From the NCBI GenBank assembly GCA_963762985.1, contig CAVXMK010000014.1, forward strand, positions 282,625 through 346,624: a stretch of DNA of 64,000 bases, in the 5' to 3' direction. The DNA is from an uncultured Chloroflexia bacterium (GTDB taxonomy: Bacteria > Chloroflexota > Chloroflexia > Thermomicrobiales > UBA6265). Positions 24,594-35,107 of the stretch are shown here, one piece after another. The notes under the pieces were generated by a model. It had not been told where the DNA came from, ran no database searches, and worked only from the letters and a program-made list of their open reading frames with translations. A program made the position numbers and the translations under genes. Position 1 is the first letter of the stretch. The number at the start of each line of letters is the position of its first letter.

Positions 24594-25430
24594 ATGAATC
24601 AGCGCGACGCCGAATCGGTGTTCAACTCCGGTTTCGCGAACATCGACGCCACGGCACAGCCCAAAGTTCTTGTCTCGCACCAGGACCGGGTGAATTCCCA
24701 GGTGGCGATCCAGGCTTACAAACAGCAGGCGTACGCCTTCCTCGAGCTGCGCCCGGGCGATCACGACCTTGACGTCGGCCGCGGCGCCGGAGACGACGCG
24801 CGGGTATTGGCCCACATGGTGGGGCCCACCGGGAAGGCCACCGGAATCGACATCAGCGAGACGATGGTGGCCCAGGCCAAGGCCCGCGCAGAGGGACTGG
24901 ATGCGCCGGTGGAGTTTCAGGTGGGAGACATCAATCGGCTCGATTTCCCCGACGGCGCCTTCGCTGCCGCCCGCGCCGACCGCGTGCTGCACCACCTCGA
25001 CGACCCCGGCCGGGCGCTGAGCGAGCTGGCGCGCGTGGTGCGCCCGGGCGGCCGCGTGGTAGTCAGCGAACCGGACTTCGATACGTTTATCATCGATCAC
25101 CCCGACCAGGAGTTGACCCGCCGCATTCTCACCGTCTATGCCACTGGTGGCGCGCGCAATGGCCGCCTCGGACGTCACCTGTATGCCCTGTTCGGCGAGC
25201 ACGATTTTCAGGACATCGAGGTGGCGCCGGTCCCGATCTTGATGACCGATCTCCGCCATGCGCAGGATGTGATGTGGATCGGGCCAACCCTGGAGCGGGC
25301 GCGGGCCATGGGCGCGATCTCGGCAGCCGAGGCAACCTCATGGCTTGCCGACCTGGAATCCGCCAGCCGGGCGGGGCGCTTCTTCGCGGCGGGATTTGGT
25401 TTTACCGTCGGCGGGCGCCGGCCGCGATGA
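24594..25430 (+). CDS. Class I SAM-dependent methyltransferase
   Basis: ATG at 24594 preceded by GAGGGAG. SAM motif [12 protein letters not shown], followed by [16 protein letters not shown] and [13 protein letters not shown]. Confidence 0.85.
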   Translation: MNQRDAESVFNSGFANIDATAQPKVLVSHQDRVNSQVAIQAYKQQAYAFLELRPGDHDLDVGRGAGDDARVLAHMVGPTGKATGIDISETMVAQAKARAEGLDAPVEFQVGDINRLDFPDGAFAAARADRVLHHLDDPGRALSELARVVRPGGRVVVSEPDFDTFIIDHPDQELTRRILTVYATGGARNGRLGRHLYALFGEHDFQDIEVAPVPILMTDLRHAQDVMWIGPTLERARAMGAISAAEATSWLADLESASRAGRFFAAGFGFTVGGRRPR

Positions 25431-25530
25431 CGCCGACCCGGCCGCGCAAACCCAGGGCTGGCGCGCGGCGGCAACCTCTCATACCATGCCCGTACCGTCG
25501 CGACCGCCTCGCGCCGGGAGGAGGATGGGC

Positions 25531-25872
25531 ATGCTCTTCTATTGCGCCTACACCTGGTTCCCCAAGACAAAGCCCGAGGAAGTCTGGGAGCGGGTCATCG
25601 TCCAGCACGAGCGCGGGGCCAACGCCCCCGAGCTGATCCGCGGCTGGTACGACCTGGCCGGCGGCGGCGCGGGCTTCCTCATCGTCGAGACCGAAGATTT
25701 GCGTGAGCTCACCTCGTTGCTGCGCCCCTACATGGATCTGATGGCCTGGGATGTGCGCGCCCTCTCCGAAAACCACTACGACCAGACGATCCGGGAGATC
25801 CGGGACGCCCTGGCCCAGATGGGCCGCCTCACCCACGCCGAGTCGTCCGCGCCGGTGGGGGTCGAATCCTGA
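25531..25872 (+). CDS. Small DUF3303-like protein
   Basis: GGGAGGAGG lies 6-7 nt upstream of ATG 25531. MLFYCAYTWFPK...IRGWYDLAGGGAGFLIVETEDLRELTSLLRPYMDLMAWDVRAL resembles DUF3303, from memory. Confidence 0.5.
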   Translation: MLFYCAYTWFPKTKPEEVWERVIVQHERGANAPELIRGWYDLAGGGAGFLIVETEDLRELTSLLRPYMDLMAWDVRALSENHYDQTIREIRDALAQMGRLTHAESSAPVGVES

Positions 25873-25940
25873 GCGACGATCCCTTCCCCCGGTGTTCAGT
25901 ATCGCGCGCGGCGCTCCCGCTCCTGTGGCGGGTGCGCTAG

Positions 25941-26801
25941 ATGCTGCCTGTCGCCCTCGGACTCAGCGCGGCCCTGTCGATAGGCGTCTCGAACATCGCG
26001 GCTGGGCTGGCTTCGCGCCGCTTGACGCCCCTTATCGTCGGGTTCTGGGCGCAGGCGACCGGCATGGTCCTCTGCTCCCTTCTCCTCCTGCTTTTGCGGC
26101 CTCCATTGATCGCCGGTCAAATCCCGTGGGGGCTGATCGCGGGGCTGGCCGGGGGCGGTGGCATGGTGCTCTTCTACCGGGCCATGGCCGCCGGCGCCAT
26201 CTCGCTGTTGTCGCCGATCACCGCCTGCGCCATCATTTTCCCGGTTCTCTACTCGGTGGCGTCCGGCGAGAACCCGACGCCCCTGGCCACCGCCGGCATC
26301 GTGGCCATCATCGGCGGCATCGTGTTGGCCTCGCTACAACCAGCGCCGGTGCCGGGCGACCCCACCGATACCGGACCCGCCGGGGATCGCCGCGCGATCG
26401 GCCTCGCCGTCCTCGCCGCGATAGCCTTTGGCGCCTTCTTCATCCTGATCGATTTGGCGCCCTCCGCAACCGGCTGGGGCACGTTGTGGACGGCCGCCGC
26501 CGTGCGTTGCAGCGGTTTCAGCGTGCAACTCCTCCTCGTATTGCTTGGCCCACGCCGTCTGACAAGTCCCGGTCGCTACGCCCCGGCCGTGGTCCTGGCG
26601 GGCACGCTCGACCTGCTCTCGCTGATCCTGATCAACTTCGGCTCCACGACCGACTCCTACGGCATCGTCACCGCCCTCGTCGGCCTCTACCCCGTGGTAG
26701 CCATGCTCCTCGGCGTCGTGGCCCTACGCGAGCGCCTGACCCGCATCCAGACCAGCGGCGCCGTGCTGGCCATGGCAGGAGTGCTGCTGGTCAGTGTCTA
26801 G
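25941..26801 (+). CDS. EamA/DMT-family transporter, copy 1
   Basis: 10-TM drug/metabolite transporter architecture, 286 aa. About two-thirds identical by eye to the next gene. Confidence 0.85.
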   Translation: MLPVALGLSAALSIGVSNIAAGLASRRLTPLIVGFWAQATGMVLCSLLLLLLRPPLIAGQIPWGLIAGLAGGGGMVLFYRAMAAGAISLLSPITACAIIFPVLYSVASGENPTPLATAGIVAIIGGIVLASLQPAPVPGDPTDTGPAGDRRAIGLAVLAAIAFGAFFILIDLAPSATGWGTLWTAAAVRCSGFSVQLLLVLLGPRRLTSPGRYAPAVVLAGTLDLLSLILINFGSTTDSYGIVTALVGLYPVVAMLLGVVALRERLTRIQTSGAVLAMAGVLLVSV

Positions 26802-26828
26802 TCAGTGTTTAGGGCGACGTGTCCAAGG

Positions 26829-26919
26829 GGTGTCATGCTGTGCCCGCAGGCGAAGCATCTCGTGCTCCATGGACGAACGCGCCCTGAGCGCCGAGATGCC
26901 TCGTGCCTCAGCATGACGC
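26829..26919. repeat. Full palindromic GTCATGCTG..GCGAAGCATCTCG / CGAGATGCCTCG..CAGCATGAC element
   Basis: Arms at 26829-26861 and 26892-26919, between the two DMT paralogs. Confidence 0.75.
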
Positions 26920-26936
26920 GACCTGGCGGCCACTAG

Positions 26937-27797
26937 ATGCTCCCCATCGCCCTCGGTCTCGGCGCCGCCGCCTGCATCGGCGTCGCCGATTTCGCCGCTG
27001 GACTCGCCTCCCGCCGCGTCTCGTCGCTGCTGGTCGGCTTCTGGTCGCAGGCCAGCGCGCTCATCATGGCCGTGGTCTTGCTGCTGCTCCTGCGGCCGGA
27101 GATGACGCCGGGACAAATCCCCTGGGGGCTGGCGGCGGGGCTCGGCACCGGGGTCGGGCTGGCGTTGCTCTACCGGGCCATGAGCTACGGCGCAATCTCC
27201 CTCGTCGGCCCCATCACCGCCTGCTCCGTCGTCTTTCCCGTCGTCTTCGCCTTGGTCACCGGCGAGACCGTCGCTCCGCTGGCCGCCGCCGGCATCGTCT
27301 CCATCATCGTCGGCGTGGTGCTGGCCTCGTTGCAACCGGCCCCGGTCGTCGGCGATCCCACCGACACCGGTGTGGCCGGCGACCGGCGCGCGACCACCCT
27401 CGCCATCTTCGCCGCCGTCGCCTTCGGCGCCTTTTTCATCCTCATCGACCTCGCCCCGCAGGCCAGCGGCTGGGGCACCCTCTGGACGGCCGGCGCGGCG
27501 CGGGTCACCGCCTTTGGCGTGCAGGCAGCCCTGGTCCTCGCCGGACCGCGACGCGTCTCCTGGCCGGGGCGGCAGGGCGTCATCATTGCGGGCGCCGGCA
27601 TCATCGACCAGATGTCGCTGGTGCTCGTCAGCCTCGGGGCCATGACCGACTCCTACGGCATCGTCACCGCCCTGGTCGGCCTCTACCCGGTGGTAATGAT
27701 CCTGCTCGGGGTTGTCTTTCTCGGTGAGCGGCTGACCCGCATTCAGGCCATTGGTGCTGCGCTGGCCGTCTCTGGCGTGCTACTGGTCAGCGTCTGA
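26937..27797 (+). CDS. EamA/DMT-family transporter, copy 2
   Basis: Same length (286 aa) and collinear with copy 1. Both start in the context CTAGATGCT. Confidence 0.85.
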   Translation: MLPIALGLGAAACIGVADFAAGLASRRVSSLLVGFWSQASALIMAVVLLLLLRPEMTPGQIPWGLAAGLGTGVGLALLYRAMSYGAISLVGPITACSVVFPVVFALVTGETVAPLAAAGIVSIIVGVVLASLQPAPVVGDPTDTGVAGDRRATTLAIFAAVAFGAFFILIDLAPQASGWGTLWTAGAARVTAFGVQAALVLAGPRRVSWPGRQGVIIAGAGIIDQMSLVLVSLGAMTDSYGIVTALVGLYPVVMILLGVVFLGERLTRIQAIGAALAVSGVLLVSV

Positions 27798-27809
27798 ACC
27801 TCCTGCTTG

Positions 27810-27968
27810 TCAGGTGCCCGACGAGTTGCGGGCGAGCAATTCACCCAGACCAACCCCGATGGCCAATCCGACCGCGATACCAACCGCAATATTGTCCTGA
27901 GCCACCCCGATCGCCACGCCGATGGCAATCCCCATGGCGATGCCGACACCGCGCCGATCCCCGTTCAC
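27810..27968 (-). CDS. Glycine-zipper small membrane protein (52 aa), below the ORF-track size cutoff
   Basis: GTG at 27968 overlaps the TGA of the upstream hydrolase gene (GTGA). Hand translation: VNGDRRGVGIAMGIAIGVAIGVAQDNIAVGIAVGLAIGVGLGELLARNSSGT, i.e. two GxxxG-zipper helices. Confidence 0.45.
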   Translation of the reverse strand: MNGDRRGVGIAMGIAIGVAIGVAQDNIAVGIAVGLAIGVGLGELLARNSSGT

Positions 27969-29557
27969 GCCGCCACCTTCGGAACGAGGCGCAAGCCAGC
28001 AGAGATCCAGCCGATCGCCCCGTCGTCATTGCGCACGAAGACGAGCAGCAGCGGCAACCCCGCAATGGTCACCAGCGCCACATCCTCGGCGACGAACTGG
28101 ACCGGAACTTCCGGCGGCACGTCGGGGATGAGCGTGGGTTGGACCTGCGCCGGAAGCGGGTGCAGTTCATACGACAGGACGAGAGACCCGTCCACCACGT
28201 CGAGGTGGTAGGTGGCATCCGGCGTCGCGTAGCTCCCCGTGTATTGCGCCAGATCGTCAGGAGACGGCGCGGCAGGAGGGGGTGAAGCAACCGGGGTGGC
28301 CACCGGGGTTGCCATCTGGGCAGCCTCGGGACCAATTCCGAAGTACTGGTTCAAGACCTCGGCCAGGGCTGCCTGTGCCACCATGGCCCCGGCGGGCATG
28401 GCATTGACGAGCAGCGCCACGGCAAAGTCTTGATCCGGCGCCAGCCAGAGTTGGGCGTGCTGGCCAAAGGTGCCCCCGTCGTGCAGGACAAACCGCTGAC
28501 CCGGCAGATCGACGATGAACCAGGGCAACCCCAGCACAGAGATCGGATCGCCAACGATGGATTGCTGCGGCGTCTGCATCATCTCCAGCGTTTCCGGGGA
28601 AAGGATCCGTGCCCCGTCGGCGGTGCCGTCGCCCATGTGGAAGCGCGCGAAGCGAAGCAGTTCCTGCGTCGTGGACCAGAGCCCCCCCGCCGGATCGGTG
28701 GAGCGAGGCAAGAAAAGCGGCTCCTGGATCTGGGTGACACCCTCCTCGGCAAAGTGCCCCAACGCGTGCGGGCGCGCCAGCACCTCCTCCGGCGCGAAGA
28801 CCGAGCCGACCATGCCCAGAGGCCCTAGCACCAATTCGTCAATGGCCGCGCGATACTCCTGGCCGGTCACGTCTTCGATCAGCCGGCCGAGCAGAATGAA
28901 CCCGGCGTTGTTGTAGCTGAAATACTCCCCCAGCGGAGAAAGCTGGGGCAGCTCCGGAAACCAACGCGCCACGTATTCCTCGATGGCTCCGTCGCCATCC
29001 CCGGTGTCCGCGAAGAGATCGCCCCACCAGCCGCCGGTGTGCGACAGCAGATGGCGCACCGTGACCCGCTCCGCGACATCCTCGTCCTCGAGCTGGAAAT
29101 CGGGGAGGTACGTCCGTACCGTCGCATCGAGGTCGAGCGTGCCATCTTCAACCAGGCGCATCACGGCCGTGCCGGTGAACGGCTTGGTGATCGACCCGAT
29201 CTGTAACAGCGTGTCGACCGTGACCGGATCGCCGACATCGATGCTTGTGAATCCAAAGGACGCGTGCTCTTCCCGCCCATCGGCCAGGATGCCGAGCGCC
29301 GCGCCAGGCGTTCCCGTGGTCTGCATCGCCGCCATCAGCGCCTCGGCCACGGCGCGAAACTCCGGCGAGGCGTCGGCCGCGAGCGTGCTTGGCAGGGCGG
29401 AGCCCGGCGTCGCGACCGGGGTCTGGGCCAGGGATCGCCTGCCGGGGGTCAGGACCGGCGCCAGCAGGGCGGCGCTCGTGGCGGCGGTCAGCCTGAAAAG
29501 CAGATAGCGTCGCGACACCGTCGCCGTGCGCAGATGCATCTCCGAAGAAAACGTCAT
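27965..29557 (-). CDS. Serine hydrolase (beta-lactamase / class C PBP family) with RR leader and extra C-terminal domain
   Basis: ATG at 29557 preceded by GGGAGGAA. Leader VSRRYLLFRLTAATSAALLA. Active-site SITK (SxxK) and YSYNN (YxN) motifs. Confidence 0.85.
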   Translation of the reverse strand: MTFSSEMHLRTATVSRRYLLFRLTAATSAALLAPVLTPGRRSLAQTPVATPGSALPSTLAADASPEFRAVAEALMAAMQTTGTPGAALGILADGREEHASFGFTSIDVGDPVTVDTLLQIGSITKPFTGTAVMRLVEDGTLDLDATVRTYLPDFQLEDEDVAERVTVRHLLSHTGGWWGDLFADTGDGDGAIEEYVARWFPELPQLSPLGEYFSYNNAGFILLGRLIEDVTGQEYRAAIDELVLGPLGMVGSVFAPEEVLARPHALGHFAEEGVTQIQEPLFLPRSTDPAGGLWSTTQELLRFARFHMGDGTADGARILSPETLEMMQTPQQSIVGDPISVLGLPWFIVDLPGQRFVLHDGGTFGQHAQLWLAPDQDFAVALLVNAMPAGAMVAQAALAEVLNQYFGIGPEAAQMATPVATPVASPPPAAPSPDDLAQYTGSYATPDATYHLDVVDGSLVLSYELHPLPAQVQPTLIPDVPPEVPVQFVAEDVALVTIAGLPLLLVFVRNDDGAIGWISAGLRLVPKVAA

Positions 29558-29617
29558 GCGGAATTCCTCCCATGCGGTGGACATGCGTCGTGGTGGCTGG
29601 TCTAGTCGAAAACGCCG

Positions 29618-31350
29618 CTACCCCTGCGGCGGAGAGGCGCCGGTCGTGGTATCGAGTCCGCCCCTCGAAGCACCCGGTGACGCGACCGGCGAGGCTCCCG
29701 AATCCGCGCGGTCAAGCCGGAACGCCAGCAACTCTGGTTTTGCTGTCGCTCCTCGGCCGCCGATCAGGCCAGCCCCTGCGGGAACGAAAAGCATGTCGCC
29801 CGCGATCGCCGGCGCCGCATTCACCCCGGCGTCGGACAGAAACCGCCAGCGCTCCTCTCCTGTAGTGCAGTCGAACGCACGGATCATGCCGTCGAGCCCG
29901 GCGCCGAAGACGACATCGCTCGCCACCGTCGCCCCGCCACTGAAAAACGTGTCGACCTCCGTCCGCCAGCGCACCGAGCCACCGCTCGCGCGCAGGGCGA
30001 CCATTTCGCCCGTAGCGGAAGCCAGATCGAACTCGGAGCTGGTGTCGGTGTAGACCAGTGGCAGGTTGATGACGGGGACGAAGACTGTCTCCTGGGCAAA
30101 CGCCATCGGCGTCAGCACGCCCCCGAAGAACCCCGGCGCCACCGTCACCGGCGTGGCCGAGGGCGCTGGCATCTCGGCGCCGTCCCCGTAGGCGTTATGC
30201 TCCCCGACACTCGCCTCCCAGATGACCGCGCCGCTGTCACGGTCGGCGGCGATGACCGTCCCCGTCTTGCCGCCGCCAATGGCGAGCCGTCGCGTCTCCC
30301 CGTCGATATCGACATCGGCCAACATCGGGGTGAGCTGAAAGTCGTGGTCGAGCTGGTCGTGCGCGACGGCCTGCACGAACCAACGCAGTGCGCCACGGAT
30401 GGGATCGAGCGACACCATCGAGCTGGTGTAGAGATTCGGCCCCGGACGGGTGCTTTGCGACGGATCGGGTTCCGGCCACGGCGCGGGGTTTCCGGTGCCG
30501 AAATAGAGGTTCCCGCGCTCATCGACCGACGGCGAATACCAGACGCCTCCCCCGGCGTTCAGCCGCGCATTCCCCCACAGGTTGTCGACCGTGGTGTCCC
30601 ACTGCCAGAGCACCGCTCCGCTGGCGGCGTCGAGCGCGAAAAAAATACCCCGCGTCCCGCCGATGTACGCGCCGGGCGACGTCGCGACGTAGACCACGTT
30701 GTCGTAGACCAGCGGTTGAATGAACAGGAACTCGCCCGGGTTGGCCGAAAGTTGCGTTCGCCAAACCTCGTCGCCGCTGTCGGCGCGCAGGGCGAAGACC
30801 TCCGCCCCGATGCCGATCACCCCGAAGACGAGCCCGTACCCGACGGCGACGCCATTGCCGCCCGCTGTCGGCCGCCCGTAGTCGCGCGCCGCCAGCGCGG
30901 CGCGCCGCGCTCGCGGTCGATGGCGAGGACATTGCTCTCCATGTCCTGAAAGTAGACGGTGTCACCGATCACGATCGGGGTTGCCGTGGCCGCGCCATAA
31001 CCGCTTTCGGCCGTCAATGGCAGGCGCCAGGCGATCTCGAGCCGATCGACGGAGGCCACGGAGATCGCGGAGTTTCCGGAGGCCCGGTGTCCGGCCAGAT
31101 TCCCCTGCGCCGTTGGCCAGTCGTCCGCGGCCTGGGCGATCTCTGGCGGGACAGCCGGCCCGAGGGGAGCGGGAGTCCCCGGGAGCTGCTCTTGCGCAGG
31201 GAGGGTTTCGCCCCTGGCGATCGCGGTGGTGGTCAGCGCACCCGCCGCGCCGCGGAGCAGGGCGCGGCGGGTCAGCGGGGCACGTCGTTGGCATGAGTTG
31301 GGCACACGATCTCCTTCGGTCGACGCTGTGCGTCGACTCGGAGCCACCAA
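29618..31350 (-). pseudogene. PQQ-like beta-propeller repeat protein with RR leader, interrupted by a 1-nt frame shift
   Basis: ORF 30817..31350 (LTRRALLRGAAG leader, ..DTVYFQDMESNVLAIDRERGA) continues in a different frame into ORF 29618..30820. Hand translation restores ..RWRRAARDYGRPTAGGNGVAVGYGLVFGVIGIGAEVFAL. The shift lies within about 30880-30897. Confidence 0.7.
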
Positions 31351-31661
31351 TTTGGACCGCGCGCCGCCAGTTTCATGCCAGCAAAGAGTGCACGCCTGGT
31401 AATGGCGTCGCTGTCGCGGAGTTGCCGCCGCCGACCGTCGGTGTGATCAGGTTCGAGCTCACGGGCGAGATCCCGCCGCTAGCGGAGGCGATACCGTATT
31501 TCGAGGCGCAGCAACCGAAGCCGCTCGGCACGGACGCGACCGGCGCCCGCCGCGATGCGCTCCCGTTCGGAGGCGACGTGGTGGCATTTCCCGCCATCGG
31601 GATCGCGTCGCGGCCGGCGATGCCTGTTCCCTGATCGCCCGCTCGTCCGGGCGTCACGGCC

Positions 31662-31919
31662 CTATGACCCGAGCGTGATTCCCTGCGATTCCGCCGCTTC
31701 CTGGATGCGACGTTCGATGCACTCCATGTCCACGCGAGAGTATTTGTCCTCGGACGAGTGCAGATGACTGAGACTCCAGGCGGCCTTGATGTGCTCCGGA
31801 GTATCGACCGGGTACTTGTTGTTCACCGGATCGGCGAAGAGCACGTCGCCATACTCGCGAATCCCCTCCTCGGGGTTGACGCCCTCGCGGGGCACGATGT
31901 TCATGCCGCAGTCGTCCAT
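31662..31919 (-). CDS. Small conserved protein (DUF6582-like)
   Basis: AAGGAGG lies 8 nt upstream of ATG 31919. YGDVLFADPVNNKYPVDTPEHIKAAWSL motif recalled from memory. Confidence 0.55.
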   Translation of the reverse strand: MDDCGMNIVPREGVNPEEGIREYGDVLFADPVNNKYPVDTPEHIKAAWSLSHLHSSEDKYSRVDMECIERRIQEAAESQGITLGS

Positions 31920-32078
31920 AATTTCTTCCTCCTTCATTGTCAGCGGCGGCCCGGCTGCCGGGGCATTCGAACATACGGCATGATGGCACGCTCTATGCAC
32001 CGTTTGAGCCCGGGCACGGCGGTGCATCTTGGTGATTTCTGGATGGCAGACGCGCACCGTCGGCGAAAGGCGGTGTTT

Positions 32079-32947
32079 ATGGACCGAACCACGAGCGTGA
32101 CGATGACCCGCGAACGTACGTGGACATTGACGGTATTCAGCGCGGCACTTTTCATCGTCCTCAGCCTGGTCTTTGCCGAGGGCCTGTTCACCGCTCCGTT
32201 GTGGAACGGCGACGACTGGCCTTCCTCACCGCTGATCACGTACGTTTTCATCTTGGTGATCGTGCTGGCCGGCTGGTACCAAGCGCGAGGGATTCCCGAG
32301 GGCGGCATCCCGTTGCGCGTTGAAAACACCCTGACGCCCGGGCAGGTGAACGACCTGGTCGGCTGGCGGTTGCTTATGGGCAATGTCTATTTCGCGCTCT
32401 TTTGGCTGCCGTTGCGCTTTTTGTCGGGCGCGAATGGTTCACCGAGGGCGCGCGCAAGGTTTCTAATCCGGAGTGGATGGACAGTGGTGCGGCGTTGCGC
32501 GGGTTCTGGGAGCAAGCCGTCGTCGTTCCGGAGGGTGAGCGCCCTCCCATCACCTACGCCTGGTTTCGCGACTTCCTGCAGTACATGCTCTACAACGGCT
32601 GGTACACCTGGTTCGCCAAGCTCATCGTCTGGGGTGAAATCCTGGTTGCTTTAGGCCTGATCCTGGGCGGGTTGGTCGGGATCGCGGCCTTCGTCGGCGG
32701 CTTCATGAACTGGAACTACATGCTCGCCGGCTCGGCCTCGACCAACCCGGTCCTCTTCCCGCTGAGTGTCTTCCTCGTCCTGGCCTGGACCGTGGCCGGG
32801 TACTGGGGACTCGACCGATGGCTGCTGCCGGCGCTCGGAACCCGCTGGGCGCGCGCCAAAGAACAGGTCGAGGCGGTCAGCGCGGTGGCGGAGCGGGGGA
32901 CGGATACCAGGAGAACCCGAGCCGAACCGCGACCGGGAGCACCCTGA
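32079..32947 (+). pseudogene. DoxX-like membrane protein split by a frame shift in a T-run
   Basis: ORF 31758..32654 (real start about 32079) and ORF 32402..32947 join into ..NVYFALFLAAVALFVGREWFTEG.. if the T4 run at 32400-32403 is T5. Confidence 0.55.
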
Positions 32948-33146
32948 CCCGTATCTGCCCGGAACGGAACCCTGCCACCGTGGCCGGAGCACGTTGATGA
33001 CCCGCCTTGGGCGTGGTGGGCAGTCGAGCAGTTAGAAACGGAGGTGAAACGAGATTGACACGTGTACGCCAGGATGGCTTGCACGCTCGCGAAGATAACG
33101 GAGGGAAGGTGACACGCATCGCATACACCATCACGGAGGAACAGCA

Positions 33147-34013
33147 ATGAACCGCCAGGCATTCATGACCGACCGTCGCCACATCATCAAGGGGGTAGCT
33201 GCCCTCGGGACCGCGGCGGCACTCACCGCTAGCGCGCCAATCACGCGGCTGGCCGCGGCCCAGGTCGACGACGACGCGATCTTCAACTTCGCGCTCAACC
33301 TCGAATATCTGGAGACGGAGTATTACCTGCGGGGCACCACCGGCGAAGGCATCGACGCCGCCGACTTCGGCGCCAACCCGGGCGAAGTTACGGGCGGCAG
33401 CCCGGTGCCCTTTGCCACCGAGGCCTTCCGCCAGTTTGCCGAGGAATTGGCCGCCAATGAGCTGGCCCACGTCCGCTACTACCGAGAGAGCCTGGGGGAC
33501 ATGGCGGTTGACCGCCCGGCCATCGACCTGGCAGGCGGTTTCGCCGCCGTGGGTCAGGCGGCCGGGTTCGGCGACAACTTCGATCCCTTCTCCGACGAGC
33601 TCAACTTCTTCCTCGGGGGAATGCTCTTCGAGGACGTGGGCGTGACGGGGTACAAAGGCGCCGTGCCGCTGATTCAGGACAAGACCAAACAAGGAGACAT
33701 CGCCGGGATCCTCGCCGTCGAGGCCTACCACATGGGCATGGCGCGCTCGCTCCTCTTCCTGGCCGGCCCGACCGCGCAGCAGGCCGCCAACGCGGTCACC
33801 GCCGCCCGCGGCGAGTTGAACGGCATGCCGGAGATCGAACAGGGCATCGCCGTCGAAGGGCGCGCCAACTTTGTCCCGTCCGACGAGCGAGGCATCGCCT
33901 TTACCCGCACGCCGGAGCAAGTGCTGCAGATCGTGTATCTCACCCCTGAAACTGGCGTGAGCAGTGGTGGCTTCTTCCCCGACGGCGTCAACGGCGACCT
34001 CGCCTCGACCTAA
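33147..34013 (+). CDS. Ferritin-like domain protein (desiccation-related type) with RR leader
   Basis: Leader TDRRHIIKGVAALGTAAALTA. DDAIFNFALNLEYLETEYYL and ILAVEAYHMGMARSLL are typical of the Ferritin_2 family. Confidence 0.8.
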   Translation: MNRQAFMTDRRHIIKGVAALGTAAALTASAPITRLAAAQVDDDAIFNFALNLEYLETEYYLRGTTGEGIDAADFGANPGEVTGGSPVPFATEAFRQFAEELAANELAHVRYYRESLGDMAVDRPAIDLAGGFAAVGQAAGFGDNFDPFSDELNFFLGGMLFEDVGVTGYKGAVPLIQDKTKQGDIAGILAVEAYHMGMARSLLFLAGPTAQQAANAVTAARGELNGMPEIEQGIAVEGRANFVPSDERGIAFTRTPEQVLQIVYLTPETGVSSGGFFPDGVNGDLAST

Positions 34014-34387
34014 GAGGACGTAGTTCTGTCGGAAACGCCTGTCATCCGCATGTCCGCCCCGGCGCCAACCGGGGCGGACGCGCGTCCGGCTGCGAAGGGC
34101 CGCTTCGGTGATGTCCGCTCCTTCTGCCCGGACGCTGTGCGTGCGGTCATGACCCGGCGATGGCATGCGGCGTGCGGCGGGCGAGGCGGAGCTAGCGGGA
34201 GCAGGCGAAGGCCGCAGCCTAGTACAAGCCACCGCCGTGGGGGAGTCCAACGCCCGCCCGCTTAGCCCACGTTAACGAGAGCGAGTCTGGGACTCACCAC
34301 GTCCTGCGGAGTTGATTAGTATTCGCATGAATGCTAATCTTCGGCTGAGCGTCGGCTCCTGGCTCGCTTCGCAGAAAGCGATGCCGC

Positions 34388-35044
34388 ATGACTGACCAGC
34401 TTTCCCCTCCGGGCGACGGCGCCCAGGTTCTCCGTTTCGCGTGTGCCTGCGCCTCCGCCGCCCCCATCGCGGAGGACCCCTGGGTGGCTATCTCCCAGCA
34501 GCGCAAGCTCAACGACGGCGCCAAGGAGTTGATCCTCAACAGCCTCTACCGGCGTCCCCGTACCATCGCGCAGTTGGCCCAAGTCCTGGATCTCTCGGCA
34601 CCGACCGTCCACCGGCACGTCGCAGGGCTGCTCGCCAGTGAGCTGATCCGGGAGGTCGACGCGCCGGGGGATGGGCGTCGATCGCCCCTTGAGCGGTATT
34701 ACGTACCCAACTTTCCGGTCGTCCTCGCCGCCGATCGCGCCGCACTCCAGCCCGTCCTCAATGACCTGGCCAACGCGATTGTCGCGGCCTTTCGGCAACG
34801 GCACGGTGCGCTCTCCGACGCCTTCGCCCGCTCGAGTTTGCCCGGACGTGGGGAACCCTTGGAGGCGCTGCTGCACTACCTCTACGCGACCGCCGCGCGC
34901 CTGGCGCGGGCGCGACTCGAAGCCGAGGGCGTGCTGCCTCCGTGGCCAGAGCACGCGGACGGCTCGCGCTGGGTGTGGTGGGCGGAGGAGCCGCTGGAAA
35001 CGGAGGTGGCATCACCACGACGCGTGCACGGTGAGACGTTGTGA
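34388..35044 (+). CDS. ArsR-family winged-helix transcriptional regulator
   Basis: ELILNSLYRRPRTIAQLAQVLDLSAPTVHRHVAGLLASELIREV HTH. The start codon is uncertain. Confidence 0.7.
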   Translation: MTDQLSPPGDGAQVLRFACACASAAPIAEDPWVAISQQRKLNDGAKELILNSLYRRPRTIAQLAQVLDLSAPTVHRHVAGLLASELIREVDAPGDGRRSPLERYYVPNFPVVLAADRAALQPVLNDLANAIVAAFRQRHGALSDAFARSSLPGRGEPLEALLHYLYATAARLARARLEAEGVLPPWPEHADGSRWVWWAEEPLETEVASPRRVHGETL

Positions 35045-35107
35045 ACGCCTGCGATACGTAAGGCTGATGAGGAGATGCATCCATCTCAGCTCCACGGAGG
35101 ATCCACC

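Noticed and set aside
31373-31657. ORFs in the 300-nt gap between the PQQ-like gene and the DUF6582-like gene (31373..31657 on the minus strand, and the tail of 30981..31634 on the plus strand).
   Set aside because: There are no motifs and no SD, and both strands are open. I treat this as intergenic or a possible remnant.
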